From an uncultured delta proteobacterium (GTDB lineage: Bacteria; Myxococcota_A; Polyangia; Polyangiales; Houyiibacteriaceae): a stretch of 64,000 bases of DNA. Positions 1 through 9,634 of the stretch are shown in pieces. Location: the NCBI GenBank assembly GCA_963699755.1, contig CAVOVB010000001.1, forward strand, positions 288,001 through 352,000, written 5' to 3'. The notes beneath the pieces were generated by a model. That model worked only from the letters and a program-made list of their open reading frames with translations, had not been told where the DNA came from and did not search any database. A program made the position numbers and the translations under genes. Position 1 is the first letter of the stretch; the number at the start of each line of letters is the position of its first letter.

Positions 1-357
1 GCTTTGCTGAAACGCGCGCGGAATCGGGCACGCGCGAGCGGTTCGGCCGATCCGGTCATCGAAGCGCAACACCTCGACCTCGTCAACGGCCAGGCGCCGG
101 CCGAGCCCAAGCCGGCGTCCGTTCGGCCGAGCGTGAACCCCGGCCACGACGAGATTCGCAAGCGATGGAAGAGCCTCGACGCTCAGCAGCAGGAGCTCGA
201 CTCGCTCGAGAGAGCCGTCATCGAAGATGCGCTCGCCGCATGTCACGGGATCGTCGCTAGGACGGCGCGCATGCTCGATGTGCCGCGGACCGGTCTGATC
301 AGCCGCATGGGCCGGCTCGACATCGACCCATCCCGTTTCAAAGAACGGCGGGACTGA
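1..357 (+). CDS. C-terminus of a sigma54-dependent (NtrC/Fis-family) transcriptional activator, truncated by the window start
   Basis: Fis-type HTH: LERAVIEDALAACHGIVARTARMLDVPRTGLISRMGRLDI. Confidence 0.8.
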   Translation, partial: ALLKRARNRARASGSADPVIEAQHLDLVNGQAPAEPKPASVRPSVNPGHDEIRKRWKSLDAQQQELDSLERAVIEDALAACHGIVARTARMLDVPRTGLISRMGRLDIDPSRFKERRD

Positions 358-568
358 TGCGTTCGGCTGTGGGGCCGGCCTCCTTCGAGCTCGATGGCTC
401 GACGGAGCGACGGCGACCGAATGCGAACACGCCGATGACCCAAAGCATCGCGGCGACGGCGACGAGTGCGCCGTAGAGTAAGAAAACCGTCTCGAGTGAC
501 AGGTCGGTGTTCGCGACTTCCTCGAGCAGGTTCTGGTTGACGGCGCCGATTCGTTGGATGGTGATCAT
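338..568 (-). CDS. small single-pass membrane protein (76 aa)
   Basis: GAGGAG RBS before ATG 568; hydrophobic segment VFLLYGALVAVAAMLWVIGVFAF followed by GRRR; sigma54 promoter upstream. Confidence 0.65.
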   Translation of the reverse strand: MITIQRIGAVNQNLLEEVANTDLSLETVFLLYGALVAVAAMLWVIGVFAFGRRRSVEPSSSKEAGPTAERISPAVL

Positions 569-593
569 GGTATCTCCTCGTGGAGGATCGAAA

Positions 594-609
594 TGCAGAT
601 TCCGTGCCG
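594..609 (-). promoter_or_regulatory. sigma54 -24/-12 promoter
   Basis: CGGCACGGAATCTGCA (GG-N10-GC) on the minus strand just upstream of the RBS of 338..568. Confidence 0.65.
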
Positions 610-645
610 CGCCGCTTTTCCCGATCGCTCGGGCTCCCGGAGACG

Positions 646-667
646 AAAACGACGTGTGCACGTCAGG
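646..667. promoter_or_regulatory. putative enhancer (EBP binding site)
   Basis: GACG-TGTGCA-CGTCAG dyad between two divergent sigma54 promoters; near-identical dyad at 8839-8860. Confidence 0.45.
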
Positions 668-740
668 TTCTGACGTCGCAGGTCGGTCGGATTCGAGGCC
701 GAAAAGCGCGTAAGGTCAGCGAAATCAGGTGTTTTCTGGC

Positions 741-757
741 TTGGCACGCGCGCTGCA
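741..757 (+). promoter_or_regulatory. sigma54 -24/-12 promoter
   Basis: TTGGCACGCGCGCTGCA (GG-N10-GC), 13 nt before ATG 770. Confidence 0.7.
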
Positions 758-769
758 CCGAGCCGGGTC

Positions 770-1303
770 ATGCACAAGACGAATGCCACCCCGTATCGGA
801 ACCTGACTCTGGCCCTTCTTGCCCTGGGCACGCTCTGCGGATGCGGCGACAGAGGGATGTTCTCGAGGGGAGAGCTGAGGGGGTTCTCGCAGATGAAGCT
901 TGGATCGGAGATCGACAGTGCGGACGTCACCGTAGGGCATTGGTCCACGCGATGCGGCGACAATGCCGCCATGCCCTGCCCGGAAGGCATGGCGCCGGAC
1001 GTGGAAGTCTACGTCGAGCCGACGAGCTTAATCTTCGACTTCTCGAACGTTTCAGAGCAAGGGACGTTCGCCGACGTCGACTTCGAGGGTTTCGTCGTCG
1101 AGATCGCCGCGCGCGCCAACCGGCCGATTATGTTCGCGGTGGTCGACACCCGCGCGACCAACGTCGAATTCCACGCGGACGCGGTAACACACGACAGGGG
1201 GCATCTGGACGTGAACCTCGCAGGCGTTTCCTACGATGCAGACAGCTTCATCAAGATCGATTTGTTGCTTGGCCCACTCAATCTGCTCCGCAGGGGCAAG
1301 TAA
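770..1303 (+). CDS. hypothetical lipoprotein
   Basis: signal peptide with lipobox LCGC; beta-rich mature region. Confidence 0.75.
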   Translation: MHKTNATPYRNLTLALLALGTLCGCGDRGMFSRGELRGFSQMKLGSEIDSADVTVGHWSTRCGDNAAMPCPEGMAPDVEVYVEPTSLIFDFSNVSEQGTFADVDFEGFVVEIAARANRPIMFAVVDTRATNVEFHADAVTHDRGHLDVNLAGVSYDADSFIKIDLLLGPLNLLRRGK

Positions 1304-1344
1304 GCGTGGTTTGTCACCCACCCTCGCACCGAGGCGCTTGAATT

Positions 1345-3135
1345 GTGTTGGATTTCACTCGTACGATGGTCCCGGACGTCCTTCTCCCTCCCTTTGGCGT
1401 CCAGATGGAGCTCATGGCGAAACTTGATTTCGATGCGTCTTCGAGTGACTTGCTCGGGACCGAGATTGGACCCTACCGACTGGTCCGGCGCCTCGGAATG
1501 GGCGGCATGGCGGAAACCTTCGTCGCCATTCGCCGAGGGCCGAGCGGTTTTTCGCAGCGTGTTTGTCTCAAGCTGGTGTTGCCCTTCTTCCGCGAAGACG
1601 AGGAGTTCGTGAGCTTGTTCCAACGCGAAGCCAGGCTCGCCGCCAAGCTTCGACACAGCAACATCGTCGGCGTCATCGACTTTGGCGAAATCGCCGGCCG
1701 TTCATACATGGCGCTCGAGCTGGTCGACGGCGTCGACTTGCAGGTCTTGTTGGATGCGGAGAGCGGAAAGCGATTGTCTTCGGAGCTCGTCGCGCTCATC
1801 GGTCATGACTTGGCCTCGGCGCTCGACCATGCGCACAATCCACCGCGAGAAAGCGACTTCGATGGAAGCTACGGCGGCTCGATCGTTCATCGCGACATCT
1901 CGCCATCGAATGTGCTCATCAGTCGCCACGGCGAAATCATGCTGACCGACTTCGGCGTCGCCAAGGCCGTCACCGGGAGCTCGCGCAAGCACAGCGCGGT
2001 CAAAGGGAAAATCCCATACATGTCGCCCGAGCAACTTCGCTTGGAGCCGCTCGACGGACGGGCGGATCTCTTTGGCGTCGGCGTGGTTCTCTTCGAAGCT
2101 TTGTGCGGACAGCGTCCGTACGAGGGCGGCCACGACCCAGCGACGATCATGCTGATCCTCCGAGGGACCCATCAGCCCCTTGCCTCGCTGGCGCCCGGCG
2201 CCCCGCCGGAGCTCTGCAAGCTGATCGACAGCCTCATCGAGCCCGACCGGGACAAGCGCCCGGCAAGTGCGGCGGCCTTGATCGAGTTATTGGATCCATT
2301 CGTGCCATCGCCGCGCGTGCGTCGACAGCTCGGCAAACGAATTGCGGAGCTGAGGCCGGAGGAAGACTCGATCAGCGGATACCCGCCTGCTTTTGGCGAG
2401 CAGGACACCGCACAGCACGCGGAGCTCGACGCGAAGGAACGAGCAAAGCGAACGAGCGGCATCGTGGGGGCGGGCGAAAGCCAAAGGCACATGGAGCCCT
2501 GGGCCGAAGGCGCTGTGCCTGAAGCTACCGTGCCTGAAGAGAAGCCTTCGCGTGCGAGTCGAAAGACGCTGGCAGCGTCGTTGCTCGCCTTCGTCTTGCT
2601 CGTCACGGGCGGCGGCGCTTGGTGGTCTAGTCAAGACGGAGGCGAGTTCGTTCCGCGGGCGACCATCGAAACAGAAGCTGCGCCGCTCGTCACAGCGACG
2701 CCGGAGATCGAAAGCCCCGAGGGAAAACAACCAGTTGGCGACGTCGCGAAGCCCGAAAGCCCTGCGAGTGAAAGGGCAACCGCAGAGAGTCCGAAAATGG
2801 CAAGCCCCGATGGCTTAGTCGACGCGGAAACCTCGAGCGCGGACGCATTGGGTAACGAAGTCGCTGAGAAGGTCGAACGCGGGAAAGCGAAGCCCAGGCG
2901 CGCCGCCCCAGCGGTGGCAGCTCCGCCCGCCGTGCTCACCGTCATCGTCTACCCCTGGGGGGACGTCTGGATCAACGGAAAATCACGCGGTCCCGCACCC
3001 TTGAAGAACGTGTCACTCAAGCCCGGACGCTATCGAATCAGCGCCGGTCAAGGAGCACAAACGGTCACGCAAACCATTCAGCTTCGCTCTGGAGAAGAGA
3101 AGAGGGTGAAGCTGAAGCTCGACGTAGCGAAGTAA
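1345..3135 (+). CDS. membrane Ser/Thr protein kinase with C-terminal PEGA-like domain (true start probably near 1405-1414)
   Basis: LGMGGMA, HRDISPSN, DFG, YMSPE, DLF motifs; TM helix LAASLLAFVLLVTGGGAWW; C-terminal PWGDVWING...LKPGRYRI. Confidence 0.92.
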   Translation: MLDFTRTMVPDVLLPPFGVQMELMAKLDFDASSSDLLGTEIGPYRLVRRLGMGGMAETFVAIRRGPSGFSQRVCLKLVLPFFREDEEFVSLFQREARLAAKLRHSNIVGVIDFGEIAGRSYMALELVDGVDLQVLLDAESGKRLSSELVALIGHDLASALDHAHNPPRESDFDGSYGGSIVHRDISPSNVLISRHGEIMLTDFGVAKAVTGSSRKHSAVKGKIPYMSPEQLRLEPLDGRADLFGVGVVLFEALCGQRPYEGGHDPATIMLILRGTHQPLASLAPGAPPELCKLIDSLIEPDRDKRPASAAALIELLDPFVPSPRVRRQLGKRIAELRPEEDSISGYPPAFGEQDTAQHAELDAKERAKRTSGIVGAGESQRHMEPWAEGAVPEATVPEEKPSRASRKTLAASLLAFVLLVTGGGAWWSSQDGGEFVPRATIETEAAPLVTATPEIESPEGKQPVGDVAKPESPASERATAESPKMASPDGLVDAETSSADALGNEVAEKVERGKAKPRRAAPAVAAPPAVLTVIVYPWGDVWINGKSRGPAPLKNVSLKPGRYRISAGQGAQTVTQTIQLRSGEEKRVKLKLDVAK

Positions 3136-3302
3136 GCGAGAGGTCGCGTGACGCGGCTGCTCTCTGCCTAAGCAACAGAACCTAAACACAACTGACGAGG
3201 GAGAATTTTTACGTATGGACCGCGAGGCGGCCATCACGTTAGCGTCGACCCTCGCCCGACGATGGAGACTTGCGTCTTCATCGAGTCCGAAAGGAGAACC
3301 TC

Positions 3303-6300
3303 ATGAGTAGTCTGCTTGAACGATCCATCTTCGTATTGCTGACGATCACCATGGCCGCGTGCACTAGTGTTGGCGATGCTCCTGGGGCTGAGGGGAGTGG
3401 GGGAACGAGTGGAACGGGAGGATCGGCGTCCGCCCCGACGGTCACGCTCAGCGCGACGCCCATGGTGGTGGCGAACAGCGGGAAGACCCAACTCAACTGG
3501 AGCTCGACCAATGCAGAGAGTTGCACCGCGAAGAACGGCTGGGAAGACACCAGGCCACCGGAGGGCGGCCCTGAAGATCGATTCGTGTTTCGCGATACTC
3601 GCTACGAGCTTACATGTACGGGTCCAGGCGGGACAGCGTCCGATCAGGTAGACGTTTCAATCAACACGAGTCAGCTGCTCGTCTCCGTCGACATGGATCT
3701 CTACCTGGTCAAAGGAGGCGACATCTTCAACGTCAACGTGACGGTTTCCAATCCGGGCATCCGGACCGTTCAGAATGTTTTCGTCAATCTAGTCATCCCG
3801 CAGTACGTGGTCATTAATCAGGACGCCTTGCCGTCGAATGCCACCTGCAGTGTCGATTGCGGCGAAGGCGACATGCTTGCATGGGAGATTGGCTCAGTTG
3901 CTGCCGGGAAAGTGACTTTCGTCTCCGTTGAGTCCGAAGTCGCTCAGACCGTGCCCGACGGAGAAAACATCCAGTTCGAGGTGACGACGACTGCAGACGA
4001 CGAACCCAATGCAGTCGTCACGGAGAACACCACTGAGGGGGACAGCGACCTCGGTCTCGGGCTCGTCCAAGCGCCGAACCAGCCAGAAGCCGGGGACGTC
4101 GTCGTATACACCCTCAGCTATGACAACTCGGGCGCCGACCCACTCCCCCAGGTCGAGCTAACCCTCACCCTGCCCGCTCTTGTGAATTTTGAGAATGCGA
4201 GCAATGGCGGAACGGTCGACGATGACGGGGTCGTGACCTGGACTTTCACCCAGCTTGCGGCCGGGGAAAGCGGCCAGGTCGAGGCAACCGTAGAAGTGAA
4301 TCCAACCATCCCCCCTGGCGCACAACTGCGGGCCGCAGCTGGGGCCTCGGTCAATGGAACAGCCGTTCGCGCACGAGCGACTACGCTAGGGGCCGTCGGC
4401 GACGAGCCGGTCGAATGCTTGTTCGACGACGAGTGCGCCGAGGACGAGAGTTGTGACGAACAAACCAACCAGTGCATCCCGAACATGATTGCCACGATCG
4501 AGGTGAATCCGAATCCCGTGCGGCAGGACGAGCACGCGCTGGTCAACATCACGGTCACCAATCCGACAGGAGACCCGATCACCGCCGACGTGGTCTTGCT
4601 GCTCCCCGAATACATCAACACGGTCGGGGCAGTCGATCGCTCCGAGGGCGCGATCTGCGGCGCGGGCTGTGGGGCTGGGGGCAGCGTGAGCTGGACGATC
4701 GAAGAGCTCGGCGCCGGTGAGTCCGAAGTCCTCTGGGTCCGGCCCAAGGTGATCTCCACATTTTACGCGAGCGCACCGCCAAACGGGACCGAGCTGACCT
4801 TCACGGTGGATGTCGAGATCGTCGGGGGAATGACGCTTCGGAAGTCTGCAACGGCCGTCGTCAACGGTAGCCGAGCACTGGACTTGCGCGTGGACGAGAG
4901 CGTCAATCCTGTGAAGGCGGGCGACGATCTGCGTTACACGATCCACTATGCGAATCGCAGCCCAGACCCCTTGGACTCGGTCGAGCTCACCTTCCAGGTG
5001 CCGGACCGGACGACCCATTCGAGTGGCGATCGGGCCCTGCTGTTCAACCTCGGCCGACTCGCTGCCGGTGAAGGAGGCGTCCAAGAGGTGACCGTTGCCG
5101 TCGACGGAGCGGCGCCATCCGGCACACAGCTGAGAGCCGTGACCGAGGTCACCGACGCCGGCAGTGATGAGGTGAGCCGTGTCATCTCCCTGACGCCGGT
5201 GGGTGAGGCGGCGCTTATCACGACGGTCGAGGTCAATCCGGATCCCGTCCTTCGTGACGAGCACGCGCTGGTCAACATCACGGTCACCAATCCGACAGGA
5301 GACCCGATCACCGCCGACGTGGTCTTGCTGCTCCCCGAATACATCAACACGGTCGGGGCAGTCGATCGCTCCGAGGGCGCGATCTGCGGCGCGGGCTGTG
5401 GGGCTGGGGGCAGCGTGAGCTGGACGATCGAAGAGCTCGGCGCCGGTGAGTCCGAAGTCCTCTGGGTCCGGCCCAAGGTGATCTCAGCACTCTACACTTC
5501 CTCAACACCGCCTTTCGGAACCTTGCTGCCCTTCGAGGTCGACGTGCGGCCTAGCAACTCGGTGACGCTGCAGGCTGTAGCGAGCGCTCGGGTCGCTGCG
5601 CGCGTCTTGAGCTTGCGCGTGGACGAGAGCGTCAATCCTGTGAAGGCGGGCGACGATCTGCGTTACACGATCCACTATGCGAATCGCAGCCCAGACCCCT
5701 TGGACTCGGTCGAGCTCACCTTCCAGGTGCCGGACCGGACGACCCATTCGAGTGGCGATCGGGCCCTGCTGTTCAACCTCGGCCGACTCGCTGCCGGTGA
5801 AGGAGGCGTCCAAGAGGTGACCGTTGCCGTCGACGGAGCGGCGCCATCCGGCACACAGCTGAGAGCCGTGACCGAGGTCACCGACGCCGGCAGTGATGAG
5901 GTGAGCCGTGTCATCTCCCTGACGCCGGTGGGTGAGGCGGCGCTTATCACGACGGTCGAGGTCAATCCGGATCCCGTCCTTCGTGACGAGCACGCGCTGG
6001 TCAACATCACGGTCACCAATCCGACAGGAGACCCGATCACCGCCGACGTGGTCTTGCTGCTCCCCGAATACATCAACACGGTCGGGGCAGTCGATCGCTC
6101 CGAGGGCGCGATCTGCGGCGCGGGCTGTGGGGCTGGGGGCAGCGTGAGCTGGACGATCGAAGAGCTCGGCGCCGGTGAGTCCGAAGTCCTCTGGGTCCGG
6201 CCCAAGGTGATCTCAGCACTCTACACTTCCTCAACACCGCCTTTCGGAACCTTGCTGCCCTTCGAGGTCGACGTGCGGCCTAGCAACTCGGTGACGCTGC

Positions 6301-7064
6301 AGGCTGTAGCGAGCGCTCGGGTCGCTGCGCGCGTCTTGAGCTTGCGCGTGGACGAGAGCGTCAATCCTGTGAAGGCGGGCGACGATCTGCGTTACACGAT
6401 CCACTATGCGAATCGCAGCCCAGACCCCTTGGACTCGGTCGAGCTCACCTTCCAGGTGCCGGACCGGACGACCCATTCGAGTGGCGATCGGGCCCTGCTG
6501 TTCAACCTCGGCCGACTCGCTGCCGGTGAAGGAGGCGTCCAAGAGGTGACCGTTGCCGTCGACGGAGCGGCGCCATCCGGCACACAGCTGAGAGCCGTGA
6601 CCGAGGTCACCGACGCCGGCAGTGATGAGGTGAGCCGTGTCATCTCCCTGACGCCGGTGGGTGAGGCGGCGCTTATCACGACGGTCGAGGTCAATCCGGA
6701 TCCCGTCCTTCGTGACGAGCACGCGCTGGTCAACATCACGGTCACCAATCCGACAGGAGACCCGATCACCGCCGACGTGGTCTTGCTGCTCCCCGAATAC
6801 ATCAACACGGTCGGGGCAGTCGATCGCTCCGAGGGCGCGATCTGCGGCGCGGGCTGTGGGGCTGGGGGCAGCGTGAGCTGGACGATCGAAGAGCTCGGCG
6901 CCGGTGAGTCCGAAGTCCTCTGGGTCCGGCCCAAGGTGATCTCAGCACTCTACACTTCCTCAACACCGCCTTTCGGAACCTTGCTGCCCTTCGAGGTCGA
7001 CGTGCGGCCAACGAACTCGGTGACGCAGTTGGCTGCGGACACGGCGCGCGTGCACCAGCCTTGA
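3303..7064 (+). CDS. large surface lipoprotein with tandem DUF11/Ig-like repeats
   Basis: AAGGAG RBS; lipobox MAAC; Gly/Ser linker; repeated NPVKAGDDLRYTIHYAN / VTNPTG / VSWTIEELGAGES DUF11-like modules; short Cys-rich EGF-like segment. Confidence 0.85.
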   Translation: MSSLLERSIFVLLTITMAACTSVGDAPGAEGSGGTSGTGGSASAPTVTLSATPMVVANSGKTQLNWSSTNAESCTAKNGWEDTRPPEGGPEDRFVFRDTRYELTCTGPGGTASDQVDVSINTSQLLVSVDMDLYLVKGGDIFNVNVTVSNPGIRTVQNVFVNLVIPQYVVINQDALPSNATCSVDCGEGDMLAWEIGSVAAGKVTFVSVESEVAQTVPDGENIQFEVTTTADDEPNAVVTENTTEGDSDLGLGLVQAPNQPEAGDVVVYTLSYDNSGADPLPQVELTLTLPALVNFENASNGGTVDDDGVVTWTFTQLAAGESGQVEATVEVNPTIPPGAQLRAAAGASVNGTAVRARATTLGAVGDEPVECLFDDECAEDESCDEQTNQCIPNMIATIEVNPNPVRQDEHALVNITVTNPTGDPITADVVLLLPEYINTVGAVDRSEGAICGAGCGAGGSVSWTIEELGAGESEVLWVRPKVISTFYASAPPNGTELTFTVDVEIVGGMTLRKSATAVVNGSRALDLRVDESVNPVKAGDDLRYTIHYANRSPDPLDSVELTFQVPDRTTHSSGDRALLFNLGRLAAGEGGVQEVTVAVDGAAPSGTQLRAVTEVTDAGSDEVSRVISLTPVGEAALITTVEVNPDPVLRDEHALVNITVTNPTGDPITADVVLLLPEYINTVGAVDRSEGAICGAGCGAGGSVSWTIEELGAGESEVLWVRPKVISALYTSSTPPFGTLLPFEVDVRPSNSVTLQAVASARVAARVLSLRVDESVNPVKAGDDLRYTIHYANRSPDPLDSVELTFQVPDRTTHSSGDRALLFNLGRLAAGEGGVQEVTVAVDGAAPSGTQLRAVTEVTDAGSDEVSRVISLTPVGEAALITTVEVNPDPVLRDEHALVNITVTNPTGDPITADVVLLLPEYINTVGAVDRSEGAICGAGCGAGGSVSWTIEELGAGESEVLWVRPKVISALYTSSTPPFGTLLPFEVDVRPSNSVTLQAVASARVAARVLSLRVDESVNPVKAGDDLRYTIHYANRSPDPLDSVELTFQVPDRTTHSSGDRALLFNLGRLAAGEGGVQEVTVAVDGAAPSGTQLRAVTEVTDAGSDEVSRVISLTPVGEAALITTVEVNPDPVLRDEHALVNITVTNPTGDPITADVVLLLPEYINTVGAVDRSEGAICGAGCGAGGSVSWTIEELGAGESEVLWVRPKVISALYTSSTPPFGTLLPFEVDVRPTNSVTQLAADTARVHQP
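4527..7009 (+). repeat. 729-bp (243-aa) intragenic tandem repeat, about 3.4 copies
   Basis: GACGAGCACGCGCTGGTCAAC recurs at 4527, 5256, 5985 and 6714; identical ORFs recur every 729 bp in the ORF track. Confidence 0.97.
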
Positions 7065-7150
7065 CCGACAGCAGACCGCAGGTGGTGTTCATCTGAAGAC
7101 GGACCGAGGAGCCCCGTTGCCAGGAAAGGGGCCGGGCTTCGCACTCCGTG

Positions 7151-7666
7151 TCAGTAGTTGCCCGAGACTATGAGATTGTAGTTCAGGCTGCTGACGCCCG
7201 ATGTGTTGAGAGCTTGAACTTCGACGTAGAACTGCTCGCTGGCGGGCAGCTCGACGCCGGCGAACAGTTCTTCCTCCGACGGATTCGCTCCCGGCTTTCC
7301 CATACCGATGGGCCGCAGCTCGGAATCTAGGAGAACGAGGTCGAGGTCGAGCCCTTGCTCCATTTCGTCCCAGGTCAGGAGGATGTCGTGCCTGCCTCCG
7401 TCGCCGGTCATCGACCAGACATCCGAGTTGTCGTTCTCGGATGAAACGTAACCAGAGGCGACATAGAGAAGCTCAGCGGTGCAGACGACTCCGTCGTTGC
7501 TTTCGTCGACGAGTCGCTGGCCAGAATCGAGCTCCAGCCTCCTCTCCACCATGATGCCGGAGCACGAGCCACCCGTGCCTCCCGCACCCACCTCCGGCGG
7601 TGGCGGAAGCTCCGTGCAAGCGACGAGGCGAAGCGCAAGAGCGAGAGCGACGACCCATCGAAACAT
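7151..7666 (-). CDS. lipoprotein with PPC-like (pre-peptidase C-terminal) domain
   Basis: LVACTELPP lipobox; LDLDLVLLD...FYVEVQA...YNL pattern. Confidence 0.75.
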   Translation of the reverse strand: MFRWVVALALALRLVACTELPPPPEVGAGGTGGSCSGIMVERRLELDSGQRLVDESNDGVVCTAELLYVASGYVSSENDNSDVWSMTGDGGRHDILLTWDEMEQGLDLDLVLLDSELRPIGMGKPGANPSEEELFAGVELPASEQFYVEVQALNTSGVSSLNYNLIVSGNY

Positions 7667-7718
7667 GCGTCATGCTAACCCAGTCGCGGGTTTCAGTCAG
7701 CTCGGCTCCTAGCCCGGC

Positions 7719-8309
7719 CTAGTCGAGCGGCAAGACCTCGAGCCGATAGCTCTGCGTCGTTCCCTTCGTGTCGAACGCCTGGACCTCGATGACGTAGAGC
7801 TCGCCTTCTTGCAATTCTACGGAGATGTTCTCGCTGCTGGTGTCGGGCGTGGCCGACTGGGCGATTTGGGTGTCCGCGGAATCGGAGAGATAGAGGTCGA
7901 GATCGCGGGTGATCTTGTCCCAGGTGAGGTCGATGCTGTGCTTGCCGCCACAGGTCGTGACCGACCATCGGTCGAAGGGATCGGTGCCAGTGCAGGATCC
8001 CATGGCGCACGCGCCGGATACAGAGCCCATGACGACTCCGGCCTCGACGTTATCGGCCGGTTCGACGTTGTCGGCCTCTTTCGGGAATACCTCGCACGGG
8101 TCTGCTCCACCCATTCCTCCCTGGCCGCCGCCGCCACCCATGCCGCTTGCGTCTCCGTTTCCGCCTATCCCAGACGTGCCCCCACGGCCACCGCCATTGC
8201 CATCGCCCCCGGTGCCGCTGTTCCCGCCCGCCCCCGGCAAAGGCGGAAGCTCGGTGCATGCCACTAGACCCAAGAGTGCAGCAAGCGCCACGGCGACTCG
8301 GCAAGACAT
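7719..8309 (-). CDS. lipoprotein with Gly linker and PPC-like domain; paralogue of 7151..7666
   Basis: LVACTELPP lipobox; DLDLYL...YVIEVQAFD...YRL. Confidence 0.78.
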   Translation of the reverse strand: MSCRVAVALAALLGLVACTELPPLPGAGGNSGTGGDGNGGGRGGTSGIGGNGDASGMGGGGGQGGMGGADPCEVFPKEADNVEPADNVEAGVVMGSVSGACAMGSCTGTDPFDRWSVTTCGGKHSIDLTWDKITRDLDLYLSDSADTQIAQSATPDTSSENISVELQEGELYVIEVQAFDTKGTTQSYRLEVLPLD

Positions 8310-8341
8310 GCGCCCCATCCTAACGCGCTTCTGCGTTCGCG

Positions 8342-8716
8342 TCAGTGTCGGTGTCGGTATCGAACCGAGAGGATGCCGCCGAAGCCCTGGGGCTTGAAGT
8401 GGACGTAGAAGCTGCCGTTGGCGGAGCCGCGGCCGAGGCGGATGCCGTTGTTGACGACCTCGGTCGCGCTGCGGAGGAGGTCTTCGGAGACGAAGCCGCT
8501 CGCGGCCGGTTTGGAAGCAGGCTTCAGGACGGTTGCGCTGGGCGCGAGTCGGATGCTCGACGCGGCCTGGATCGCGAGCACCGCCGAGGACGCGCCGCGG
8601 ATGACCGGCGTCGAATCCGCCGACGCATGCTCTGGCGCGAAGAGGGCCGCAGCGGCGGTGAAGGCGAGGAGCGCGGGGAGAAGGTGGCGAGGGCGGCTTG
8701 TCTGCGTTCGTTGCAT
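8342..8716 (-). CDS. secreted protein with C-terminal beta-hairpin
   Basis: signal peptide ending ASA-D; C-terminus FYVHFKPQGFGGILSVRYRHRH; sigma54 promoter directly upstream. Confidence 0.7.
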   Translation of the reverse strand: MQRTQTSRPRHLLPALLAFTAAAALFAPEHASADSTPVIRGASSAVLAIQAASSIRLAPSATVLKPASKPAASGFVSEDLLRSATEVVNNGIRLGRGSANGSFYVHFKPQGFGGILSVRYRHRH

Positions 8717-8729
8717 GACGCCGCTAATG

Positions 8730-8746
8730 AGCAGCGTTCGTGCCAA
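8730..8746 (-). promoter_or_regulatory. sigma54 -24/-12 promoter
   Basis: TTGGCACGAACGCTGCT (GG-N10-GC), 14 nt before ATG 8716. Confidence 0.7.
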
Positions 8747-8838
8747 GGCGTCTGAAGAGCCCCTTGGCCTGAATTCATGGCTGTTTCTCCAGCGGCGGGC
8801 CCGCGGCTGACGTGGCTCGGTCGCTGTCGTCCAGCAGG

Positions 8839-8860
8839 AACTGACGTGTGTGCGTCAGTT
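8839..8860. promoter_or_regulatory. putative enhancer (EBP binding site)
   Basis: perfect dyad AACTGACG-TGTGTG-CGTCAGTT about 100 bp upstream of the 8730-8746 promoter. Confidence 0.5.
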
Positions 8861-8965
8861 TAACGCTTGGGGCTGATTCGGACCTTGGCCGGGAGAGAGG
8901 TGCCGGGAATTTGGTAGATCTGCGCGGGAATTCGGGTGTAGCGTCACCGCTGCAAGGAGCTCGGT

Positions 8966-9568
8966 ATGAAAACGATTCGTTGCATTCTTGTGGTGTCGCT
9001 GGCGCTCGGGATTTTTCCCCCGCGGAGAGCCGATGCGGACAGTTCCACTTACGTCGCGCCCAAGGACGAGGCTTACATCGTGTTTGTGAAAGCAGGACGG
9101 GGCTCGAAGAAGGCGCAGTTTATGATCTTCGACGCAGACCTGAAATGCGTCTCCCTGTTCGAAGACAACATGAGCGAGATCATTCCGGTGAAGCCGGGCA
9201 CGCACACTCTCTACACGATGGCCACCAACGCCCATCGCATGGAGCTCAACGTCGAGGCAGGACGCACCTATTTCATTCGCATCTCCTTGCCCAAGTACGG
9301 ATATGGAACGATTCAGCTCGTTCCGGCGAAACGCGATTCCGAGGCCTTCGCGCAGGTGAAGGAATGGGTGAAGGGCGCGAAGGCCAGCAACCCCAACGAA
9401 GACTCGTGCCGTGGTTTGCAGCTCGGTGCAGGCAAGCGCGGGAAAGACCCGTATCCGGGCAAGCGCGATGACGCCGACAACAAGTGGAAGCAAAATGCCG
9501 AGTACCGCGAGAAGCTGACCATGAAGAAGACGGACGGCTTCACCGCGGAAGAAGCCGGCAAGCTCTAG
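8966..9568 (+). CDS. hypothetical secreted protein
   Basis: AAGGAG RBS; signal peptide; VKPGTHTLY...VEAGRTYFIRI beta-sandwich pattern. Confidence 0.75.
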   Translation: MKTIRCILVVSLALGIFPPRRADADSSTYVAPKDEAYIVFVKAGRGSKKAQFMIFDADLKCVSLFEDNMSEIIPVKPGTHTLYTMATNAHRMELNVEAGRTYFIRISLPKYGYGTIQLVPAKRDSEAFAQVKEWVKGAKASNPNEDSCRGLQLGAGKRGKDPYPGKRDDADNKWKQNAEYREKLTMKKTDGFTAEEAGKL

Positions 9569-9634
9569 CGCAGAGGGGAGCCTGCCTTCGAAACCCTTGT
9601 CACTGGCTAGGGCTTGCCCCACGATCGGCGTTCC

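Noticed and set aside
4527..7009. Long repeats as a CRISPR array or mobile element
   Set aside because: The 729-bp units are in frame within one CDS; there are no spacers, cas genes or transposase.
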